NCBI GenBank assembly: GCA_964520615.1
Contig: CAZFNL010000137.1
Span: forward strand, 148,898-212,897
DNA: 64,000 nt
Direction: 5' to 3'
Source of the DNA: an uncultured Gammaproteobacteria bacterium
GTDB taxonomy: Bacteria > Patescibacteriota > Microgenomatia > 2-02-FULL-39-11
Numbering within the stretch: position 1 is the first letter of the stretch; the number at the start of each line of letters is the position of its first letter. Below are positions 57,622-64,000 of the stretch, piece by piece. The position numbers were made by a program, and so were the translations under genes. Below the pieces are notes generated by a model. The model saw only the letters and a program-made list of their open reading frames with translations, made no database searches and was not told where the DNA came from.

Positions 57622-59082
57622 TTATTCCTTCAAAAGAATCTCTTTTTTGAAATCTTCGATTATGTCTTTTATCTGACTCTTGACACCGTCATCAAACACT
57701 CCGCTTCCTATCTTCTCCAAAATATGGGGATACTTATTCCTAAGTATTTCCAATAGTTCCCCCTTAAACCTAACCCACTGTTCAGCCTTTAAATCATCCA
57801 GCATTCCTTCTTCTACGGCATAAAAAAGCACTACTTGCTCCTTCCAGGATACATTCTGATGTTTCTCCTGTTTCAAAAGCTCAAGAGTCAACTCTCCCCT
57901 GTATATTTTCTTTTTTGATTCCTGGCTTACCACAGTCTCAAGTTGAGTCAGTTTTTGCAGTTCGTTTTGCTGGGAAAGCACCAATCTTAACCCTGCAGTC
58001 ACCTGTCTTAAAAGCGGAGGTTGAGCCTTCCCGCCGACGCGGGAAACGGATAATCCGACGTTTATGGCCGGTATGAACCCCTTCTGGTATAATCCCCTTT
58101 CAAGATAAATCTGACCGTCGGTGATGGAAATAATATTGGTCGGGATAAAAGAAGTGACGTCACCCTCCTGTGTTTCAACAATTGGAAGCGCCGTAAGCGA
58201 ACCGCCGCCTTTCTCATCTGAAAGTTTGGCAGCCCGTTCCAAAAGCGAAGCGTGAAGGGAAAACACATCTCCCGGATATGCCTCCCGTCCCGGAGCCCTC
58301 TCTAGAAGAAGAGAAACATCACGGTAACACTTTGCATGTTCTGAAAGATCATCATAGACAACAAGTGCATGTTTACCCCTGTCTCTAAAATATTCACCTA
58401 TTGTCACACCGACGAATGGCGACAGATATTTTTCCGCAAAAGCGCTGTTACTGGTAGCTGCTACGACAGTTGTATACAAAAAAGCTCCATATTCTTTTAA
58501 CGTAGAAACTAGATGATTCATATATCTAGTCTTTTTTCCGCATAGGACATAAATGCAATATACGGCTGGATCAGCATTTTTCTGGTTTAACACCGTATCA
58601 AGAGCTATTGTGCTTTTACCCAAATTCCTGTCACCGATAATGAGTTCCCGCTGACCCTTTCCTAATGGCAAAGTAGCATCTATTATCTTAATACCTGTAG
58701 TAATAGGCTCATGCACCTCCTGACGGTCGATTATCCCCGGAGCAGTTGTGAAAACCGGAATTTTATCACCTGACAGAACGGTCTCTTCGTCAAGCGGTTG
58801 ACCCAGACCGTCAATTACCCTACCTACTATTCCATCTGAAATGGGTATGGAAAATCTACGGTGGCTGCGGTATAGGGGATTCTCCAACAAAATATCATCG
58901 TCAAACAAAAGTACCTCGACATTTTTCTCGTCAAAACCAATTACAATCCCTGTTTCTTTTCCAGCTTCGTCAAGAAGGACTTCATGCAAAAAAACATGGG
59001 TAAGTCCATGGACTTTGGCAACTCCTGAAAAGCAGGACACAATATAACCTATTTCAGTGAAATTACTTTCTTCTGGCGGCAT
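57622..59082 (-). CDS. atpA: ATP synthase alpha subunit
   Basis: GDRNLGKST P-loop. 486 aa. Confidence 0.95.
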   Translation of the reverse strand: MPPEESNFTEIGYIVSCFSGVAKVHGLTHVFLHEVLLDEAGKETGIVIGFDEKNVEVLLFDDDILLENPLYRSHRRFSIPISDGIVGRVIDGLGQPLDEETVLSGDKIPVFTTAPGIIDRQEVHEPITTGIKIIDATLPLGKGQRELIIGDRNLGKSTIALDTVLNQKNADPAVYCIYVLCGKKTRYMNHLVSTLKEYGAFLYTTVVAATSNSAFAEKYLSPFVGVTIGEYFRDRGKHALVVYDDLSEHAKCYRDVSLLLERAPGREAYPGDVFSLHASLLERAAKLSDEKGGGSLTALPIVETQEGDVTSFIPTNIISITDGQIYLERGLYQKGFIPAINVGLSVSRVGGKAQPPLLRQVTAGLRLVLSQQNELQKLTQLETVVSQESKKKIYRGELTLELLKQEKHQNVSWKEQVVLFYAVEEGMLDDLKAEQWVRFKGELLEILRNKYPHILEKIGSGVFDDGVKSQIKDIIEDFKKEILLKE

Positions 59083-59084
59083 GG

Positions 59085-59900
59085 TTATTTTTTTACTGCA
59101 GTTTCGATATCATGAAAAAAATTTTCTTCAATAAGTATTCCTCCCAACATCAATCTGAAACCGGCAACTAGATCTTTTTTTTCTCTGACCGTAAACTGAA
59201 TCCCCCTTAACCCGAATTTCTCTTCTATCATCTTCCTCAAATTTCCAACATCATCTTCCGCCAAAGGCCTTGCGTGTTCAAGAGTCAGAATTGGGCCATT
59301 TGCCGCCTCCTGTTTATCCATTCCATTCTGCTCTTCACTTTTTTGAGTTGTCAATCCGGTATAATCTCCAGCCAGAAGCGAAGACGACAATTTTCCTAGT
59401 GCTTCCTGTAATTTGATAAAATACATCGTCTGGAGAGACTTTTTCCTCTCCTCATCCAAAGAAACAATCATTTCCGACGCCACGCCATTAATGACTTTTT
59501 CCATTAAACTATATTTTATCTCCTCCCGTAGATGTTCCTCTGCTCCATTCAAATGTTCTTTAGCTTGCTCTGTCAGTTTTGATACATCTTCTTCTCCTAT
59601 CTTTTGTGCATCTTTTCTTATTTTCTGGGCTATTGTTTGGGCTTCAACCAATATCGTCTGTGATTCTTCCCTCAATTTGGAAAGCTCTCTTTCTTTCTCT
59701 TTATCAAAACTCTTTTTTTCTTTTTCCAGGTCATCTTTTTCTTTTCTGGCTTCACTTAATTCTTTTTCCTCCTTCTCAACTTTTTCTACCATCGGTTTGT
59801 AAAGAAATTTACCAAGTATCAAAAGAAGCAGCGTAAAATTTATTATTTGCGCTGCTAAAAGTTTCAGATCTATACCAATGTTACCCAAAAATCCGGTCAT
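59085..59900 (-). CDS. atpFH: ATP synthase subunit b fused to delta (OSCP) C-terminal domain
   Basis: N-terminal TM plus charged coiled coil (b-like). The C-terminus LAEDDVGNLRKMIEEKFG...LVAGFRLMLGGILIEENF resembles the delta C-domain. There is no separate atpH between atpE and atpA. Confidence 0.6.
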   Translation of the reverse strand: MTGFLGNIGIDLKLLAAQIINFTLLLLILGKFLYKPMVEKVEKEEKELSEARKEKDDLEKEKKSFDKEKERELSKLREESQTILVEAQTIAQKIRKDAQKIGEEDVSKLTEQAKEHLNGAEEHLREEIKYSLMEKVINGVASEMIVSLDEERKKSLQTMYFIKLQEALGKLSSSLLAGDYTGLTTQKSEEQNGMDKQEAANGPILTLEHARPLAEDDVGNLRKMIEEKFGLRGIQFTVREKKDLVAGFRLMLGGILIEENFFHDIETAVKK

Positions 59901-59905
59901 AATTT

Positions 59906-60118
59906 TTATGCCACAAATTTGAGAATTAACGCCACGACCAATGCGTAAATTGCTATAGCTTCCGCAAAAGCGATGGCTATTATCATGGTAATACGAATAT
60001 TATCCGAGTTTTGCGGGTTTCTAGCCATTCCTATTAAACCTGCTGCCCCTACTATCCCTATAGCCAGTGCCGGACCGATAGTGCCTATCGCCATGGTAAA
60101 TGCTGATGGATTTTGCAT
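59906..60118 (-). CDS. atpE: ATP synthase subunit c
   Basis: 70-aa hairpin proteolipid with the loop ARNPQ and a conserved acidic residue in helix 2 (AFAEAIAIYAL). Confidence 0.9.
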   Translation of the reverse strand: MQNPSAFTMAIGTIGPALAIGIVGAAGLIGMARNPQNSDNIRITMIIAIAFAEAIAIYALVVALILKFVA

Positions 60119-60157
60119 ATGATCTCCTTCCTCTTAAAACGTTTGTAAAATCTTGCG

Positions 60158-60889
60158 CTATATTTCAGTTGTAATCGTGGAAGTTTTAATAAATGTCAGT
60201 GTCAAAACGGCAAAAATAAACGCCTGGATTATACCGACAAATATCTCCATAAACATAAATGGTATGGGAATGATATAAGGCACTAGAAATGCTATAACAA
60301 GAAGCAGGATCTCTCCCGCAAATATATTGCCGAAAAGCCTGAAGGAAAAAGAAAGTACTTTAGCTGCTTCACTCAATATCTCAAAAAAACCCAATAATAA
60401 TGATAGAGGAGAAGTGATATTTAAGAACCTGCTTATATATTTTTTTGCGCCAAGTCTTTGAAGTGAAAAATATTGAGTGGCCAATACGGAAAATATTGCC
60501 AGTGCAAATGTTGTATTTACGTCGCTGTTGGGAGAGCGCAAAAGTGCAATCTTATGTCCCCCGGAATAGATATAAAATGACCCCAAAAAACCCGGCAGAA
60601 GCGCAATCAGGTTAGCAGTAACAATATATATAAAGAACGTACAAATTACTGGAAGTATCGTCTTTGTCATTTTTCTATCTCCAGTCACCCTATCAGTCAA
60701 CCTCATAAGTTCATAGATGGTAATTTTCAGTATAGAAAGGGGTAGAATTTTTCTATTTCTGTTGCGGTAAAAAATAAAAGAAAGGACAACCAGGATTAAG
60801 CTGACCACGAATGAAGTCAGGAGGGTATTGGAGAAATAAATTCCCCCAGTTTGGAAAATATATTCAGGCTGCAAGCTAATGTTTATCAT
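60158..60889 (-). CDS. atpB: ATP synthase subunit a
   Basis: FSFRLFGNIFAGE carries the essential Arg. 243 aa, 5-6 TM. Confidence 0.85.
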   Translation of the reverse strand: MINISLQPEYIFQTGGIYFSNTLLTSFVVSLILVVLSFIFYRNRNRKILPLSILKITIYELMRLTDRVTGDRKMTKTILPVICTFFIYIVTANLIALLPGFLGSFYIYSGGHKIALLRSPNSDVNTTFALAIFSVLATQYFSLQRLGAKKYISRFLNITSPLSLLLGFFEILSEAAKVLSFSFRLFGNIFAGEILLLVIAFLVPYIIPIPFMFMEIFVGIIQAFIFAVLTLTFIKTSTITTEI

Positions 60890-61151
60890 GGTTTTTAGTT
60901 AATAATTCAAGCTGATGATAGACATCAAAAATACTAGTTGTTATCCCAGCAACAATCCCAACGACAAGTAATAATGGTGCCGTATGGAAAACATCATCCA
61001 GCCATTTACCCAAAAAAAGGAAACCTACCAAAGGAACAACAATCAAAAAACCCAGTTGTAAGGCAAAAGAAATAGCATACCACAACCTAAATTCATAGCG
61101 CATATAAATATTGCCTGAATTTAGTGTAGATGAATTACCAAAAGTCCGCAA
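60876..61151 (-). CDS. ATP synthase protein I-like (AtpZ/AtpI) small membrane protein
   Basis: 91 aa, 2 TM, immediately upstream of atpB. Confidence 0.5.
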   Translation of the reverse strand: MRTFGNSSTLNSGNIYMRYEFRLWYAISFALQLGFLIVVPLVGFLFLGKWLDDVFHTAPLLLVVGIVAGITTSIFDVYHQLELLTKNHDKH

Positions 61152-61178
61152 GAATGACGATTTGGGGAAATATTTAAT

Positions 61179-63866
61179 CTATCCTGTCTGAGGATAATGA
61201 CATTTTTTCCATTTTTTCCCAGATCCACACCAGCACGGATCATTCCTTCCCAATTTCCTTTTCTGTTCTTCGTTATTTGCTGTTTGTTCCTTGCTTACCT
61301 GTTTTTGAGCTTCCTTTTGGATTGAGGTTTGCTGCTTTATCTGCAGTGCCGCCATCTGGTCCGGCGCAAGTTGAACTTGAATCTTAAAAATCCTGTGTGT
61401 TATCTCATAATCGACTGTAGAAACAAGACGCTCGAACATGGAATAAGCTTCATTTTTATATTCGACAAGCGGATCAAGCTGTCCGTAGCCACGCAAACCT
61501 ATGCCTTCGCGCAAATCATCTATTGCATCCAGGTGATCCATCCACATATTATCTACTACTGACAATCCGGCCCATTTTTCAATCTGGCGCATAATCTCTC
61601 TACCCAGATTTTTCTCCCGCTGTTCATAAACATCATTTACCACTTTTATGAGAAATTCCTCTACCTCCCCCGGAGTGTTACTAACCCCTAATTGTGTCAA
61701 TATCTGCTTCTCAGAGTTGGGATCAAAAGGAACAATCGTAACAAATTCCTTTAATATTTTCTCCTTATCACCCTGATTTACTACGTTGTCGGAAGCGTAC
61801 AAATTTACAAAAGTCCTTATTTGTCCGGCAATCTTTTCCTGCATCATCTCTTTCAGGTTTTGCCCCACGACAATCTGGCGTCTGAGTTGGTATATAATTT
61901 CTCTTTGTTTATTTAAGACATCATCATACTCGACAAGATGTTTCCTGCTGTCAAAATGAAACCCTTCCACCTTCACTTGGGCCTGCTCTATAGCCCGGCT
62001 TACCATGGCATGCTCAAGAGGCACATCCTCCGGCAGCTTAAAGACAGTCATCAGCTTTGCTACCTGGTCGCCGCCGAAAAGGCGCATAATCTCATCATCC
62101 AAAGCGACAAAAAAGCGGCTGGACCCCGGGTCTCCCTGGCGGCCGGATCGGCCCCGAAGCTGATTATCAATTCTTCTTGACTCATGTCTTTCCGTCCCTA
62201 TAACATGAAGTCCGCCCAGCTTCAACACTTCATCATGATTTTTCTTCCATTCTTCCCTCAGCTTGTCATATTCCTTTTTACCCAATTCTGACAGTTCCTT
62301 GTCACTAGGAGGCTGACCGCCAAGTATAATATCCACCCCGCGTCCAGCCATATTGGTTGCAACGGTTACTGCTCCAGCCCGACCAGCATTTGAAATGATA
62401 GTCGCCTCGCTCACATGGTTTTTGGCGTTAAGCACTTCATGAGGTATGCCTTTTCTCCGGAGGAATTCTGAAAGTATCTCGTTTTTCTCTATAGATGTGG
62501 TACCAACAAGGACTGGTTGTCCTCTTTTGTGACATTCTTCAATATCGGCTACAACTGCAGCCAGCTTGGCCCTTGTTGTCTTATAGACAGCATCCGGATG
62601 GTCTATCCTTACCATGGGCCTGTTGGTAGGGATGATAATGACGTCCAGTTTGTAAATCTTGTGGAATTCTTCTGCTTCTGTAGCCGCAGTCCCTGTCATT
62701 CCCGCCAACTTCTCATACATTCTGAAATAATTCTGTAAAGATACTGTAGCCAGAGTCCTCGACTCCTGCTGTATAGGTACCCTTTCTTTTGCTTCTATAG
62801 CCTGGTGCAACCCTTCGGAAAAACGCCTGCCGACAAGAAGCCTGCCGGTAAACTCATCAACTATAATTACCTGATTATCCTTTACCACATAATCCTTATC
62901 CCGCAAAAATAGAGTCCTGGCTTTCAAAGCCGCCTCAATATGATGAACTGAAGCAAAATCTTTCTCATAAAGATTGTCCACCCCCATCATTTTTTCCACT
63001 TTCAGAACTCCGTGCTCAGTCAGGTGGGCAGTCCTTAATTTCTCATCTATTTCAAAGTCAGTTTCTTTATTGAGTTTATCTATCATCTTGGCATACTCAT
63101 AGTATTTCTGGGTAGGCTCAGTATCGGGAGCGGAAATAATATGAGGAGTCCTGGCCTCATCAATGAGAACTGAGTCCACCTCATCCACAATGGCATAGTG
63201 GAAGCCGCGCTGCACCATCTGGGAGGCCTCAGAAACCATATTGTCACGTAGATAGTCAAAACCGAACTCGCTGTTTATACCATAGGTGACGTCTGCCAGA
63301 TACGCTTCTTTGCGCGATATGGGACGAAGGTTTCCCAATCTCCAGTCAATGGCTGATTTATCTGCATATTGCGGGTCAAAAATAAAAGACTGTTCACCAA
63401 TAATTGCCGACACTGACATCCCCAACATGGCAAAAATCGGCCCCATCCAGCCGGCGTCCCTTCTGGCCAAATAGTCGTTGACCGTCACAAGATGTACTCC
63501 CCTTCCACTTAAAGCATTCAAGTATAACGCCGGAATGGCGGAAAGTGTTTTCCCTTCTCCGGTTTTTTGCTCGGCAACAGCCCCGCGGTGCAGCACTATG
63601 GCGGCTATAAGCTGTACATCAAAGTGCCTCTCGCCTATCCTTCTTTTGGCAGCCTCACGCACCAGGGCAAACGCTTCCGGCAAGAGATCGTCAAGATTCT
63701 CTCCTCGGCTAAGTCTTTCCTTAAACTCCGCCGTCTTGGATGAGAATTTATTGTCGGCTAATTTCCTAACCGTCTCCTCCTGTGAGTTTACTTTCTCTAC
63801 TACCGTGCGAATCTTGACTAACTCCCTTTCATTGGCATCCAGAAATTTGGAAAGGAACTTCAACAT
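61179..63866 (-). CDS. secA: Preprotein translocase ATPase SecA
   Basis: The N-terminus FDVQLIAAIVLHRGAVAEQKTGEGKTL is DEAD-motor SecA. The C-terminal Zn finger is CWCGSGKKWKKCH. 895 aa. Confidence 0.95.
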   Translation of the reverse strand: MLKFLSKFLDANERELVKIRTVVEKVNSQEETVRKLADNKFSSKTAEFKERLSRGENLDDLLPEAFALVREAAKRRIGERHFDVQLIAAIVLHRGAVAEQKTGEGKTLSAIPALYLNALSGRGVHLVTVNDYLARRDAGWMGPIFAMLGMSVSAIIGEQSFIFDPQYADKSAIDWRLGNLRPISRKEAYLADVTYGINSEFGFDYLRDNMVSEASQMVQRGFHYAIVDEVDSVLIDEARTPHIISAPDTEPTQKYYEYAKMIDKLNKETDFEIDEKLRTAHLTEHGVLKVEKMMGVDNLYEKDFASVHHIEAALKARTLFLRDKDYVVKDNQVIIVDEFTGRLLVGRRFSEGLHQAIEAKERVPIQQESRTLATVSLQNYFRMYEKLAGMTGTAATEAEEFHKIYKLDVIIIPTNRPMVRIDHPDAVYKTTRAKLAAVVADIEECHKRGQPVLVGTTSIEKNEILSEFLRRKGIPHEVLNAKNHVSEATIISNAGRAGAVTVATNMAGRGVDIILGGQPPSDKELSELGKKEYDKLREEWKKNHDEVLKLGGLHVIGTERHESRRIDNQLRGRSGRQGDPGSSRFFVALDDEIMRLFGGDQVAKLMTVFKLPEDVPLEHAMVSRAIEQAQVKVEGFHFDSRKHLVEYDDVLNKQREIIYQLRRQIVVGQNLKEMMQEKIAGQIRTFVNLYASDNVVNQGDKEKILKEFVTIVPFDPNSEKQILTQLGVSNTPGEVEEFLIKVVNDVYEQREKNLGREIMRQIEKWAGLSVVDNMWMDHLDAIDDLREGIGLRGYGQLDPLVEYKNEAYSMFERLVSTVDYEITHRIFKIQVQLAPDQMAALQIKQQTSIQKEAQKQVSKEQTANNEEQKRKLGRNDPCWCGSGKKWKKCHYPQTG

Positions 63867-64000
63867 AGGTATCTAATTATAGAATTTCAAAACTCAAAGC
63901 TCAAATGCCAAAACCGCAGTTAAAGTCCATAAATCTTTTTAAGGATAAATAGTTTTAAGTCGTGGATTTGGGTAAAGTTACAACCCCAGTTCAGGAGAGA

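Noticed and set aside
63887-64000. Minus-strand open frame entering from the right edge (37 codons)
   Set aside because: The translation (SLLNWGCNFTQIHDLKLIYPKKIMDFNCGFWHLSFEF) is not protein-like. This is most likely the secA promoter region.

Overview
The window is low-GC (high-30s % by eye), gene-dense and almost entirely minus-strand coding. Its gene content (many GT2/GT4/GT-C glycosyltransferases, a SipW/TasA-like surface-protein locus, a small ATP-synthase operon fused behind secA, a short TsaB) fits a small-genome bacterium such as a CPR/Patescibacteria-like lineage. That affiliation is inferred, not demonstrated. The code is standard: an intact RF2 is present and TGA is used as a stop. 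Blocks from left to right: (1) 1-10.7 kb holds a cell-surface glycan operon: rmlACBD, ugd plus UDP-xylose synthase, a Gmd/Rmd-like dehydratase, and GT2/GT-C transferases. It includes a partial membrane-protein gene that runs off the left edge and is absent from the ORF track. (2) 11-15.2 kb holds a SipW-type signal peptidase with three TasA/camelysin-like cognate substrates, a lamin-tail-domain protein and a CAP-domain protein, which share a PTLRPL tandem-repeat linker. (3) 15.6-27.5 kb holds a GT-C-like membrane protein, an S8 subtilase, tsaE-tsaC-(short)tsaB, a GNAT acetyltransferase, ftsE-ftsX-M23 peptidase, prfB and an Nramp transporter. (4) 27.5-33.4 kb holds an ATP-grasp enzyme, a PLP beta-family enzyme, an unlisted 58-aa LysW-like zinc-ribbon protein, a MurD-like Mur ligase, a NlpC/P60-like hydrolase, a PAP2 phosphatase and a histidine phosphatase. 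(5) 33.4-48.1 kb is a second glycosylation island: GT4, GT2 x2, GT-C x2, YfhO-like protein, signal peptidase I and a 1277-aa polytopic protein. (6) 48.1-51.1 kb is an accessory patch. It holds a sharply high-GC (about 60%+) self-contained gene module with a perfect 16-bp palindrome, a 5'UTR hairpin and a GC hairpin. It also holds a roughly 750-bp non-coding gap, a family of degenerate GTTAGT/GGTTGG repeats and an inverted-repeat-flanked four-helix-bundle (Avd/23S-IVS-protein family) gene. (7) 51-55 kb holds an MFS transporter, a Cys/Met-family PLP enzyme with a long N-terminal extension, a RimK-like ATP-grasp ligase and a SHOCT protein. (8) 55-64 kb holds atpC-D-G-A-(b/delta fusion)-E-B-Z directly downstream of secA. 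No rRNA, tRNA or CRISPR array was found.
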